Of a stretch of DNA of 64,000 nucleotides, positions 20,521 through 30,528 are shown one piece after another (within the stretch, counting starts at the first letter, position 1; the number at the start of each line of letters is the position of its first letter). The notes under the pieces are model-generated. The model saw only the letters and a list, made by a program, of their open reading frames with translations, searched no databases and was not told the origin of the DNA. Where the stretch lies: positions 31,508 through 95,507 of the forward strand of contig CAYFMJ010000003.1 in the NCBI GenBank assembly GCA_964344235.1, read 5' to 3'. This DNA is from an uncultured Methanosarcinales archaeon (GTDB taxonomy: Archaea; Nanobdellota; Nanobdellia; Woesearchaeales; GW2011-AR9). The translations under genes and the position numbers were made by a program.

Positions 20521-20789
20521 TTGTTGTGGAATTTGTTTATAAGAATTAGGGATGGTTGTCGAGTGGGGAGTGGGGCAGAATTATAGAAAGGAGTAACGAA
20601 AATTCAACCTTAACGACTAATTGATTTTTAGGGGGACTTAAGAAAAATATTGTTAATCAAAGGACCAGCACCTGTACATTTCTGGGTTAGATAGATTATG
20701 AATTCATCTTTCTGATCTTGGCAAGATTTTCCAAAAATCAGAGAATGGCACATTCAATGCCTGGCCCTATAGGGCCGATACCCATAATT

Positions 20790-21548
20790 CTACTCTTTGG
20801 CTCTTAACTTTTTTACAGTATTGAAGCTAAATATGTCCCCCTCTAAACCCAATTTTTTTGCTATTAATCGAGCTTTCTTTTCTCCACCAACATAGGAATA
20901 CATCTTCGCAATATTTTTATCAAACCGATACTTCTCTAGGTATTTTAAACCAAGAAAAAGTTCCTGAATTTCCTCTCTTGGAGGGGGTTGAAAACCCCTC
21001 GACATAAACCTAATGCAAGCGTAAAGATCTGATCCAAAAACTTTTTCTCTGCCTGGGTTTAGACGAAGTTTTTTTGCTTTCATATCTTTAAATGAACCAT
21101 CTAAAGCAATCAGACTATCGAACCAATTATTAAGAAAAATATCTTTAAGGTTAATTGCAAAAGCATTTATTGTAAAATTTATTTTCTCTTTTAAGATATT
21201 TTCAATATTTTGCCCTTTGTAAAAGGAGATATCTAAGACTAAGTAATCCTCAATAGATTTAGCTTTGGGAAATTTCCTCTTTTTAAGGACCAATTGTTTT
21301 TGTCTTCTAATCTTTCCATAAAGAAAACCCTTTTTCCTAAGATTTCTAATAAATAATTCTTTATTCCCAATAAAGATAACATCATAATCTCTTTGGGGGA
21401 GTTCCTTTTTGAAGTAATAGTAAAAAACGGTATTTCTTAATGTTCCTCCAATAAGAAAAAGTTTAGATTTTTTTGGCATCGATGAAATTACACCCCTTAG
21501 AATTCTGTCTACGTTTTTATCTCGCAAAAAATGAGGGTATTTTTCCAT
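20790..21548 (-). CDS. Class II (CCA-adding / poly(A) polymerase-type) nucleotidyltransferase, divergent
   Basis: LIGGTLRN, RDYD catalytic DxD, NFTINA; very Lys-rich, atypical codon usage. Confidence 0.7.
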   Translation of the reverse strand: MEKYPHFLRDKNVDRILRGVISSMPKKSKLFLIGGTLRNTVFYYYFKKELPQRDYDVIFIGNKELFIRNLRKKGFLYGKIRRQKQLVLKKRKFPKAKSIEDYLVLDISFYKGQNIENILKEKINFTINAFAINLKDIFLNNWFDSLIALDGSFKDMKAKKLRLNPGREKVFGSDLYACIRFMSRGFQPPPREEIQELFLGLKYLEKYRFDKNIAKMYSYVGGEKKARLIAKKLGLEGDIFSFNTVKKLRAKE

Positions 21549-21669
21549 ATCCAGTGATTAGTTTAATCAGTTTTAATACTTTCTTTTTTGAGCCAAGAAT
21601 ATTAAAACCATAAAAACTAAACTATGCCTAATCCAAACTTTTAAATAACCAAAAACACTACTGTAAGTC

Positions 21670-21894
21670 ATGAAGAAGAAATCTACAAAAGGGAAACCAA
21701 AAGCAGAGAAGTGTTGTTGGAATATGGAGAGTTGTTCGTCGGGCGGTTTTATCTATGGCTTAGGAGCGATTGGCGCTGCTGTGTACTTCGTCTCTACGGC
21801 AACAGGTTTCTGGATGGGTGTACTTGGTGTATTGAAAGCGATTGTTTGGCCAGCGTTTTTAGTGTTTGAACTACTAAAGTTCTTAGGGATGTAG
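21670..21894 (+). CDS. Small membrane protein
   Basis: Basic N-terminus plus GFIYGLGAIGA..FW.GVLG.LKAIVWPAFLV hairpin. Confidence 0.75.
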   Translation: MKKKSTKGKPKAEKCCWNMESCSSGGFIYGLGAIGAAVYFVSTATGFWMGVLGVLKAIVWPAFLVFELLKFLGM

Positions 21895-21938
21895 TTTCCC
21901 TCGAAAAGTTATAAAAAAATGGCTACTTTTTTGTAGGT

Positions 21939-22616
21939 ATGGGAACAGATGCCTATTATGAAGATCTTGCAGGTAAGTACTTATATCTAGCGAGACGATA
22001 TGTTAGGAGATATGACGAGCTGGTGCAGCTTGTCGCTGATACGGTGTTAGAAGCGAGTCCTTCTACTGTTTTAGATGTAGGTCAAGGGCCAGGTCATATT
22101 GATCAAATGATTTTAGATAGGAATCCATCTGTCCATATTGATTGTATTGATGCACAAGAAGGGATGGTAAACGTTGCAAGAAGAGCACTTGCGGCATATG
22201 GAGAAAGAGTCAGTGTCGTGCATGCGGATGTGCGTCAATATCAACCAGAAAGGCAATATGATGTTGTTTTGTGTAATCTGGTGATTCATAATATCCCTTA
22301 CGATCAAAAGTTAGAAGTTCTTAAAGCAATATATCAACATCTTGAAGCAGGAAAGCCGTTTATTTGGGGGGACATGGTAGGGTTTGAGGATCCACAAAAA
22401 GTAAAAGCGGCGTTTGACGCACGGAAGAGGTTTGCTGTGAGTAACGGAGAAGATCCCGAGTCAGAGTTTTTTAGAACGAGTTTTCATAAAGAAGAACACT
22501 CAGATTATACGCTCACTCCAGAGCAAACAATGGATTTAATGAAACAGGCTGGTTTTCAAAGTCCTCGTCAGATTTGGGAGTATGATAATTTTGCGTTATT
22601 CATAGCCCAAAAGTAA
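21939..22616 (+). CDS. Class I SAM-dependent methyltransferase
   Basis: VLDVGQGPG motif I, acidic motif II (CIDAQ), HAD, DVVLCNLVIH. Confidence 0.85.
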   Translation: MGTDAYYEDLAGKYLYLARRYVRRYDELVQLVADTVLEASPSTVLDVGQGPGHIDQMILDRNPSVHIDCIDAQEGMVNVARRALAAYGERVSVVHADVRQYQPERQYDVVLCNLVIHNIPYDQKLEVLKAIYQHLEAGKPFIWGDMVGFEDPQKVKAAFDARKRFAVSNGEDPESEFFRTSFHKEEHSDYTLTPEQTMDLMKQAGFQSPRQIWEYDNFALFIAQK

Positions 22617-22654
22617 ACCACAATCTTTTTTAACAACCTCATTATCCGAAACGT

Positions 22655-23257
22655 ATGAAACTGATTTTATTAGGGCCGCCAGGTTCAGGAAAAGGAACTG
22701 TAGCGGAAAAACTAGCAAAGGATTTCAATCTAAAACACATCTCAACCGGCGCATTATTACGAGAGGAGATTGCTAAAGATACCCCCATTGGTAGGGATGT
22801 TAAGAAGTATGTGGAAGCGGGAGAGTTCGTGCCAAGTACGTTCATATTAGAAATGATGAAGTTAGAGATTACTGACAAAGATGATTACATTCTGGATGGT
22901 TTTCCTCGGTCTCTTGATCAAGCAGAGGCAATGACTGAGGTTGATGCGGTGATTTATTTAGAAGTACCAGATGAAAATTTAATAGAGCGGTTTGCAGGAA
23001 GAAGAATTGATCCAGTCACAAAGAAAGGGTATCATTTGAAGTATATCCCTCCACCAGATGAGATAAAAGATAGGTTGATTCAACGGAAAGATGATAAACC
23101 AGAAATTGTAAAAGAGAGATTAGCAGAGTACCACGAAGTTACACAACCGTTAGTTGCATTCTATAAAGAGAAAGGACTTCTGAAAACTGTTGATGGTGCA
23201 CCACTGCCGGATGAAGTATATGAATCCGTTAAAGCAGTAGTTGAACAGATTCAGTAA
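22655..23257 (+). CDS. adk: Adenylate kinase, bacterial type
   Basis: LLGPPGSGKGT, HISTG, LDGFPR, LID region, QRKDD. Confidence 0.95.
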   Translation: MKLILLGPPGSGKGTVAEKLAKDFNLKHISTGALLREEIAKDTPIGRDVKKYVEAGEFVPSTFILEMMKLEITDKDDYILDGFPRSLDQAEAMTEVDAVIYLEVPDENLIERFAGRRIDPVTKKGYHLKYIPPPDEIKDRLIQRKDDKPEIVKERLAEYHEVTQPLVAFYKEKGLLKTVDGAPLPDEVYESVKAVVEQIQ

Positions 23258-23511
23258 ACCCGTTCTCGTTTGTCTATATCTTCAATGTAAACGGTTAAAT
23301 TTTGATAATTCACAAAGTATAGAATTCTGAAGCTGCCAACTCTCACTCTGAATACTTTTGGTTCAGTATAACCTTCAACTCTTTTAGCGTCTGAAGGGAA
23401 TGGGTTCTCAGCTAATTTCTCGATTGCATTAATAATTCTTTTACGGTCATTGGCAACTGCTAGCTTCTTCAAAAATCTAGAAGCTTTCTTCTTTAGCTTA
23501 ACGGAATACAT
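23251..23511 (-). CDS. relE: RelE/ParE-family toxin
   Basis: Basic 86 aa, ENPFP...FRVRVGSFRILY...IDKRERVY. Confidence 0.88.
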   Translation of the reverse strand: MYSVKLKKKASRFLKKLAVANDRKRIINAIEKLAENPFPSDAKRVEGYTEPKVFRVRVGSFRILYFVNYQNLTVYIEDIDKRERVY

Positions 23512-23664
23512 CTAAAGACCAAGTTCTTGCTTAAGGTCTTTCAAAGAAACAAAATCAGATTCATCGCCGGCTTTGACTTTAGCAATAGATTCGTCCAACA
23601 TTCTTTTCTCTTCTGCAGACAATTTTGTATCTGGATCTTCTAAGACCTTGCCAACTGACGTCAT
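23512..23664 (-). CDS. Putative antitoxin, 50 aa, not in the ORF track
   Basis: Hand translation MTSVGKVLEDPDTKLSAEEKRMLDESIAKVKAGDESDFVSLKDLKQELGL; stop abuts the toxin ATG. Confidence 0.75.
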   Translation of the reverse strand: MTSVGKVLEDPDTKLSAEEKRMLDESIAKVKAGDESDFVSLKDLKQELGL

Positions 23665-23764
23665 GTGAACTAAATAGGCGTTATTCTATAAATATTTATT
23701 GCCGATATCGTAACAAAACAATTAAATACCTCTTCTCTCAATCATACACAAAAGAGTTGATTAT

Positions 23765-25690
23765 ATGAAATTCCACGATTTTACATTAGATCCATTTCAG
23801 GAACAGTCGATTAAAGCGATTGAGAAGAATCATTCTGTTGTTGTTTCCGCTCCTACAGGAAGTGGAAAGACGTTGGTAGCGGATTATATTATTCATAAAA
23901 CGTTGAAAGGAAAGAAGCGAATTATTTACACCGCTCCGATTAAAGCGCTTTCTAACCAGAAATTTAAAGATATCACACGGGAACATGGTGCGGATAAAGT
24001 TGGCTTGATGACAGGAGATATAGTCATTAACCCACACGCACAACTGCTGATTATGACCACTGAGATTTATCGAAATATGGTGGTGAGTAATGATGAGGAA
24101 GTGAAAGATGTGGCGTACGTTGTATTTGATGAAGTGCATTACATTAATGATATTGAGCGAGGCTATGTGTGGGAGGAATCGATTATCTACAGCCCTGCAA
24201 TGGTACGGTTTCTTTGTTTATCTGCAACAATTCCAAATGCACAGGAGTTCGCTGCTTGGATTCAATCGATTAAAAAGCATGAAGTAGAAACGGTTGTAGC
24301 AGTAAAAAGAAATGTGCCACTCAAACATATGTTCTATGATTATGAGTTAGGTATCACAACGTTAGAGAAGATTCGGAAAGCAAAAGATATTCCAGGGTAT
24401 GATAATGTGTTTCGCAGAAGAGGCAGAAAGCGAGAACGAACACCTGCTCCTGATCACGTTGCGTTACTAAGAGAGTTGGGAAAAGATAAGTTACCCTGTT
24501 TATTCTTCTCATTTTCACGAAGAGATTGCCAGATGAAAGCAGCGGAGTTAGCGAAGACAAACATGTTCAAACCAGAAAAGAGGATTCAGGAGTTTGTGGC
24601 GAAGATGTTACAGGATGCTCCTACTGGAATCACTCAGTTAAAGACAACACAGACATTGAGGAGAACAATTGCGAAAGGAATTGCGTTTCACCATGCTGGT
24701 TTACTACCAATATTAAAAGAAATTGTAGAGGAATTATTCAGTAGAGGATGGATTAAAGTTCTCTATACTACCGAAACGTTCGCAGTAGGAATTAACATGC
24801 CTGCTAAGACTGTCTGTTTTGCTGCATTGCGGAAGTATGATGGGATTAGTTTTAGAGCATTGAATACAAAGGAGTATTTTCAAATTGCAGGAAGAGCTGG
24901 GAGAAGAGGTATCGATACGGTTGGGTATGTCGTCAGTATGATTTTCCGTCCAACGTTTCGATATAGAGAAGTAAAGAAGTTAACTGCGAAAGATGTAGAA
25001 CCAATTAAATCACAGTTTAAGTTAGGTGTGAATACAGTATTGAATTTAATTGATCAGAAAACGCCGGAAGAGATTGAACATATTTTACGGTTGAGTTTCT
25101 TTTCGTATCAGAAATTTGGAGAGGAATATGAAACGATTCCAACGAAGAAGTTGTTAGCTCGGTACAATAGTATTCGACGAAAGTTGGAGAAGTTACAATA
25201 TGTTGTTGATGGGAAATTAACAGCAAAAGGACAATTCTCTTCCAAAATATTTGCCCATGAGATTGCGATAGGAGAAATCTTTGCAACCCCTATAAACAGT
25301 AAGTTAGATGAGTATCAGATTTTATTGGTATTAGCTGCATTAGTGTATGAACCTCGTGATACGTATAAGTTTAAACAGAAATTCCGCAATGAAGCTCTGA
25401 AGAAGTTGAAGATTATTTTGCGAAAGAATGAGTTTCTGGCAAAGGAGAAACATTTACTTGAGTTGGATACGATGACGACGATCATTAATCCAATGTATAA
25501 TGGGAAAACGTTTTTTGAAGTGCTTGAGTTAACAAATTTATTAGAGGGCGATTTGATTCGGTTGTATTTGCAAGTGTTAGATCGGTTAGGGCAAATTAGA
25601 AAAGCGTCGACTGATCATAAATTGTTAGCGAAAGTTGAGAATTGTGAAGGGATTGTGCATAAGATTCTGGAAGGGATTTATGAGATTTAG
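23765..25690 (+). CDS. Ski2/HelY-like DEVH RNA helicase
   Basis: APTGSGKT, TAPIKALSNQK, GLMTGD, DEVH, LSAT, FHHAG, TETFAVGINMP, QIAGRAGRRG. Confidence 0.92.
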   Translation: MKFHDFTLDPFQEQSIKAIEKNHSVVVSAPTGSGKTLVADYIIHKTLKGKKRIIYTAPIKALSNQKFKDITREHGADKVGLMTGDIVINPHAQLLIMTTEIYRNMVVSNDEEVKDVAYVVFDEVHYINDIERGYVWEESIIYSPAMVRFLCLSATIPNAQEFAAWIQSIKKHEVETVVAVKRNVPLKHMFYDYELGITTLEKIRKAKDIPGYDNVFRRRGRKRERTPAPDHVALLRELGKDKLPCLFFSFSRRDCQMKAAELAKTNMFKPEKRIQEFVAKMLQDAPTGITQLKTTQTLRRTIAKGIAFHHAGLLPILKEIVEELFSRGWIKVLYTTETFAVGINMPAKTVCFAALRKYDGISFRALNTKEYFQIAGRAGRRGIDTVGYVVSMIFRPTFRYREVKKLTAKDVEPIKSQFKLGVNTVLNLIDQKTPEEIEHILRLSFFSYQKFGEEYETIPTKKLLARYNSIRRKLEKLQYVVDGKLTAKGQFSSKIFAHEIAIGEIFATPINSKLDEYQILLVLAALVYEPRDTYKFKQKFRNEALKKLKIILRKNEFLAKEKHLLELDTMTTIINPMYNGKTFFEVLELTNLLEGDLIRLYLQVLDRLGQIRKASTDHKLLAKVENCEGIVHKILEGIYEI

Positions 25691-25750
25691 TTTGTATCCA
25701 CTGGCAAGTTACATTTTTTAAGCAAATTTTATAAAAAAATAATCATTCTT

Positions 25751-26868
25751 ATGCGTAAAATGTCAAAGGAAGACCATAGTGGAAATGTTTTAAGAAGACT
25801 TGATGCAACTCCCTACAACGACAACATATGTCCTGAAGCTGAAGGAACATTTAGAGGAGACTTAGTTGCTGCTATAACACTTCGAAATAATCTGGGAGAT
25901 ACTACATTTGCACCTTATGTTAACCCTGATTATGTTCGCGGACAAGTTGTATCTGCTGCACCGTTTCCAAACCAAGTTAGGGATCCAATGTTTAGTACTA
26001 GAGAAGTATATTACGGTTCACATTTTGCATTTCTCGTTCGTCCGGTAGATGAGGGGGGGCGCTCTACTCAACGATTTTATGGAGTACCGTTAGTGATGCA
26101 GGACATAGTCTCTTTAGAGGATAGTGGAATTCTCGATCGGGAAATTAGTACGGTTCGAGTACAGGGAAACCTTACAGTTAGGGATGATAAACTTCTTGGC
26201 TATTTAAGTGAAATTGCTGGTGAAAGCGAACCCAGGAGACGTAATCAGGACGTTCTATTAAATCTAACCTATAGACAATTTTCGAAGCTTATGAAAGGGA
26301 AGAAAGCCCGCCCTTCGAAGGGGTAGAAGTACAGAGAGTCACGGCATTAATTCCGGTTAACGGGGCTGCATACCAAACCGAGGCACGAGGTTTTGCAATA
26401 CAAACAGACTCCGAAGAACAACATTCGATGTGTTTTGCCTATGGAATTGGAGATACGGTCTTCCGGGGTAGACCAATCGTGGGAGGGGGCACTGCAAACT
26501 TCGGAAATGGGAGAGCATTAACAGATATTGATTCTGGAGGAAGAGAAGCCTTTTTTGATGTTAGAACTTTACAAGATCATGGCGGTTCTGGTGGGGAAGC
26601 TGCTGTTGGGAATCTCGTTGTCGTAGCACTGCCATTAGTTGGTGAAAAAAGAGTTCCGCCACCATCTTTACGCACGCCTAGTACCCACTCTCTTACGATG
26701 GGAGTAGATCTTGCTCAGCTGGCAACCGGGAGGAGGACGGGGACTTCAAGCAGATTGGTCCCTGGAACATTTGATACAACAAGAAGAATTAGTATCATGG
26801 ATGTAAGACTTCTCACAGTAAGCCCCGAGGAAATGATTCCCGAAGGCATTGAAATGTTGCTTAGTTAA
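25751..26868 (+). pseudogene. One ~372-aa hypothetical gene split by a 1-nt deletion
   Basis: Frame of ORF 26428 is open back to ~26275; adding one T to CAATTTTCG (~26280) fuses it to ORF 25751. Confidence 0.6.
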
Positions 26869-29029
26869 TGGATCTCCCTTCAATTTCTTTTACTACATCA
26901 GCAATAAAATCTTTGGTGGGCATGTCGAACTTTGTTTCGCCGTTGCGTAATCGAACTGCAACGGTGTTGTTCTCTTGCTCTTTATCGCCAATCGTCACAA
27001 TATAATTAACGTGTTCCATTTGGGCATCACGAACTTTCTTGCCCATAGATTCAACACGATCGTCTAACTCAACTCGAATGCCAACCAATTTCATTTCAGT
27101 TACCAATTTCTCTGCTGCGTCTTTGTTTCTATCGGTAATCGTTAACACTTTAACTTGCACAGGAGATAACCACGTGGGGAATTTACCGGCAAAATGTTCG
27201 ATCAAGACAGACATAAATCGTTCTAAAGATCCAGAAATAGCACGGTGAATCATCACGGGCCGTTCTTTCACGCCTTCTTTATTCATGTAATGTAATTCAA
27301 ATCGCTCAGGCAGGTTGAAATCTAATTGAACTGTAGCAAGTTGCCATTCTCTTCCTAAAGCATCTTTAAACATGAAGTCTAATTTAGGACCGTAAAATGC
27401 TGCTTCTCCCAGAATTTTTTTGAATGGTAAGTTGTTTTCTTGTGCAGCTTCTTCTAATGAAGATTCAGCGATGTTCCATACTTTTTCTTCACCGAGGTAT
27501 TTTGACTTGTCCTCTCCTCGAACGGAAAGCGATACCCAGTAATCTTTATCCATACCAAGTGTTTTATAGAATTGTAAGATGATGTTCACGATCGTTTTTA
27601 CTTCTTGTTTAATCTGATCTATTCGACAGAAGATATGGCCATCATCCTGTGTAATGGAACGTACACGAGATAATCCAGTCAATTGACCTGCTTTCTCATC
27701 TCTGTATACGGTTGTTGGTTCAAAGAATCGGATTGGAAGGTCACGGTAGCTGTAGTTAAAGTTGTCAAAAATTTGAATGTGGTGAGGACAGTTCATTGGT
27801 TTCATCACAAAATTTTCATGTGCTCCTTTCACGTGGAATAGTTCTTCACCGAATTTATCCCAATGGCCTGACTTTTTGTAGAGGGAATCTTTGGCAATAT
27901 GGGGAATAGATACTTTTTGATAGCCTTTGTCTTGATGGAGAGACCAAAGGAAGTCCGTAATTGCATCTTTGATAATCATTCCTTTTGGTGCGATTAATGG
28001 TAAACCAGCTCCTACTAAGTCAGATACTAAGAAGAGGCCCTGCTCTTTTCCAATCTTTAAATGGGAACGATTTGCTGCAGCTTCTTGTTCTTTTTTGTAT
28101 TCCTGTAATTTTTCTTGTGAGTCAAATGCAACCAAATTAATACGGGTTAATTGTGTATTTTTCTCATTATTTTTCCAATACGCGCTAGAGATGGAGAGTA
28201 ATTTTATTGCATTGATTGGCGTTGTGGTGAAAGGTTTAGGGAATAATGGGGTGACTGTTGTGTTTGCTGCAGTATAGAAAGTTGGTTCTTTCAAATCGTG
28301 AGCGATTTGTTGCTGTAATCCGGTTGGATTCCCTTCTGGTTGGAATGTTGTGTCTTTCCGTAGTTCTTTAACTTTCTTTGTAATTCTATTAAGGTCGTCC
28401 TGTCGTAGTTTAACGTTAGAGACGTCAACATATGCTTGATCGTGATAAAAGCCAACAGCGCCCATTTCAGCATTTTCATATAATTGTGTTACGGCGATTC
28501 CTGTTAGGTAGGCAGCGGTTAATTTTACTTTTTGATCATCTGTTAATGCTTCTGTGTTAAATGTGAACGGCTCGTCTTTGTAATCTCTCTTGAGAGAGGT
28601 TGCTTGTTCTTCACCGCTAAATTCCCTACTTAATTCTGATAATGGATGGCCTTTACATGCAATAGTGAAAGATTTATACCAGCCAAAAGGCGCTCGATAG
28701 ACAGAGAATTTTTGCTGTAGTTCCTGTTGTGCGTCTTTGAGAAATTGTTCCGCTATTTTAGGAGATGCTAAGTCTGAACTCAGATGTGCGTACGGGTACA
28801 AAACAATATGTTGTGGATTAACTTGCTGCGCAATATTTTTGATTTCCTGCAAATAGCGTTTCATCACTGCTTCTATGTTCTTCTCATCTCGCTTTTCAAC
28901 AGCGGTGAAGATAACTAAACATTCTTCTACTTTTTCCTGTTCTGTGGAGATATTTTCCTCAGCGCCTTTGAAGGCCTGCTTTTTCGCTTGAAATTCGATG
29001 AAATCTGCGTGGATTGCTAGGATTTTCAT
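26861..29029 (-). CDS. thrS: Threonyl-tRNA synthetase: archaeal editing domain + degenerate bacterial N2 domain + bacterial-type core
   Basis: MKILAIHADFIEF, YPYAHLSS, RAPFGWYKSF..CKGHPLSELSR; SAYW..TRI; SGHWDKF, KPMNCPHH, GEAAFYGPKLD, QLDFNLP, HRAISGSLERF. Confidence 0.95.
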   Translation of the reverse strand: MKILAIHADFIEFQAKKQAFKGAEENISTEQEKVEECLVIFTAVEKRDEKNIEAVMKRYLQEIKNIAQQVNPQHIVLYPYAHLSSDLASPKIAEQFLKDAQQELQQKFSVYRAPFGWYKSFTIACKGHPLSELSREFSGEEQATSLKRDYKDEPFTFNTEALTDDQKVKLTAAYLTGIAVTQLYENAEMGAVGFYHDQAYVDVSNVKLRQDDLNRITKKVKELRKDTTFQPEGNPTGLQQQIAHDLKEPTFYTAANTTVTPLFPKPFTTTPINAIKLLSISSAYWKNNEKNTQLTRINLVAFDSQEKLQEYKKEQEAAANRSHLKIGKEQGLFLVSDLVGAGLPLIAPKGMIIKDAITDFLWSLHQDKGYQKVSIPHIAKDSLYKKSGHWDKFGEELFHVKGAHENFVMKPMNCPHHIQIFDNFNYSYRDLPIRFFEPTTVYRDEKAGQLTGLSRVRSITQDDGHIFCRIDQIKQEVKTIVNIILQFYKTLGMDKDYWVSLSVRGEDKSKYLGEEKVWNIAESSLEEAAQENNLPFKKILGEAAFYGPKLDFMFKDALGREWQLATVQLDFNLPERFELHYMNKEGVKERPVMIHRAISGSLERFMSVLIEHFAGKFPTWLSPVQVKVLTITDRNKDAAEKLVTEMKLVGIRVELDDRVESMGKKVRDAQMEHVNYIVTIGDKEQENNTVAVRLRNGETKFDMPTKDFIADVVKEIEGRSIN

Positions 29030-29138
29030 ATTGTGGTGGGAGTAGAGAGGAGTTTAAAAAGATAGCGGGGGAAGAAGTGACTACTTTTTAGGGGTTAATT
29101 GGGAAAATTTTATAAAATAAGCCCATTTGTAATGTATT

Positions 29139-29422
29139 ATGGTTAATAGTTCCGATATCCCTCGAAACGCAATACATGCCTCTGCTAGTCCGGGAGATGT
29201 GGTTGAAGTTCTCTTTCAAACACCTGATGGAATGGAGAGGTTTTATTTCACAGAAGAAGGTTTAGTCAACCCTTTTGGAGCAGCATATCCTCACACTGGA
29301 ACTCCAACCATTTCATTAGATGGAGTTGTTGTAGAAGGTGATGGCAGGGAATATCATTCCGGGGAGGAAGGATTTCACTTGCAGAGTATATCGCTTATAT
29401 AAATTTTTCGTTACTTATGAGT
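29139..29422 (+). pseudogene. 5' part of the host gene interrupted by the integrated element
   Basis: Ends at attL; continues in 43983-44543 once the element is removed. Confidence 0.6.
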
Positions 29423-29437
29423 GAAAAAAGTCACGAA
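29407..29437. repeat. attL: TTCGTTACTT-aTGAGTgaaaa-AAGTCACGAA imperfect inverted repeat
   Basis: Read directly from the sequence; right arm is the exact reverse complement of the attR arm over 12 bp. Confidence 0.8.
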
Positions 29438-29487
29438 TCCCCAAAAATTCGTTTTTCATTACTTTAAGTGGTTACAGAGTGCCGAGA

Positions 29488-29503
29488 TTTTCGTTACTTT
29501 TTT
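29488..29503 (-). repeat. Accessory copy of the end motif (TTTTCGTTACTTTTTT)
   Basis: 16-bp reverse complement of 43885-43900. Confidence 0.8.
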
Positions 29504-29523
29504 GCCAAAAAGAGGTGAAAAAG

Positions 29524-29844
29524 ATGACTGACACGACCAAATTGTACCATGAATTGCTAGAAAAGAGCGTATATGCGGTTCTCAGGGGAAACCTGCAGCG
29601 AAATGGCCTTCTGATGGAAGAAACAGATCAGACTGTCAAAATTATAGGGAATTCTAGAATTTCTATTATCCCCAAAGCGGAGATAATTGTTATAGACCTA
29701 GATAAGGAAGGGGCAGATATTACGCCAGAACAACAGACAGAGCTGCAGAAGATCAAAGCCTATCTTGAAGAGAAAAATAGGGCTACCAGGGAGAAAATAA
29801 AGGGGGATAATGAACCCCAATTTTCACTTAATAACTCAAGTTAA
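29524..29844 (+). CDS. Element hypothetical protein
   Basis: GAGGTGA RBS before ATG 29524. Confidence 0.7.
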   Translation: MTDTTKLYHELLEKSVYAVLRGNLQRNGLLMEETDQTVKIIGNSRISIIPKAEIIVIDLDKEGADITPEQQTELQKIKAYLEEKNRATREKIKGDNEPQFSLNNSS

Positions 29845-30063
29845 TACAATTTCAGGACTAAACGGTATGTAGTCGGATTTTGCGGTTACATATCAAAAAG
29901 AGGTGGTAAAGGAGGCTTCAACAATAGATTTGAGGCTAAAAAAAAGAGCATTTTGTGGAGCATTTTGCTCAACTTGTCTTGAAAATTAACAAAAATTCAC
30001 AACACCATCAAGGCTCGCTGAGAAATATGAAGTTGAGTTATTAACAAAAAAGAGGTATCAAAT

Positions 30064-30366
30064 GTGGGTAAACCAAAGAAGTATGATGTAAGAAGTATCA
30101 ATTTTGGCGAAGTAGGCCATCCAGCCAGGATATTAGTAGATAAATTCGTTAGTTTGCATGGAAAAACTGCACTTTCTCGCTTAATTAGACGTCTAGTGAT
30201 GATCTATCTTATGGAAAAGCCAGAGTATAGAGATTGGAAGGCTCAGAAGCTCATCTATGAGAGAAAAGAGCTAGGAAAGAAAGTTGCTCAGATCTTGGAA
30301 AGAAGGAGAAAGGTGGACGAAGAATTGAGAGACCTTGGAGTGAATCCAGATGAACTGATTTACTGA
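30064..30366 (+). CDS. Putative ribbon-helix-helix regulator with coiled-coil tail
   Basis: Beta strand (SINF) then helix-G-helix (ALSRLIRRLV), heptad C-terminus; GAGGT RBS. Confidence 0.5.
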   Translation: MGKPKKYDVRSINFGEVGHPARILVDKFVSLHGKTALSRLIRRLVMIYLMEKPEYRDWKAQKLIYERKELGKKVAQILERRRKVDEELRDLGVNPDELIY

Positions 30367-30368
30367 AA

Positions 30369-30524
30369 ATGAAGGGGCTAAAACGATTCAAATGTGGGCA
30401 CTGCTCAAGGAAATACACGGGCCTGAATAAATGGATCTTCAAGCATTTGGAGAAAAAACATCCTGACAAACCACCAAGGGCGCGTGCAATTGACCTAAAA
30501 TTTAGGTATCATCACGGAGGATAG
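30369..30524 (+). CDS. C2H2 zinc-finger microprotein, 51 aa, not in the ORF track
   Basis: MKGLKRFKCGHCSRKYTGLNKWIFKHLEKKH..; fits tightly between its neighbours. Confidence 0.7.
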   Translation: MKGLKRFKCGHCSRKYTGLNKWIFKHLEKKHPDKPPRARAIDLKFRYHHGG

Positions 30525-30528
30525 AACA

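Noticed and set aside
20591-20602. GAGTAACGAAAA, 11/12 match to the element motif
   Set aside because: Single copy in AT-rich DNA with no partner arm; chance match is plausible
29384-29390. Alternative left breakpoint GAGTATA matching GAGTTTA at 43982 (6/7), which fuses the host ORF in frame without a correction
   Set aside because: Not excluded but ranked second: it yields no palindrome around the crossover, whereas TGAGT at 29418 yields perfect 12-bp arms
29900-29990. 28-codon Cys-containing frame after a GAGGTG RBS-like sequence
   Set aside because: Too short to support; possibly a gene remnant
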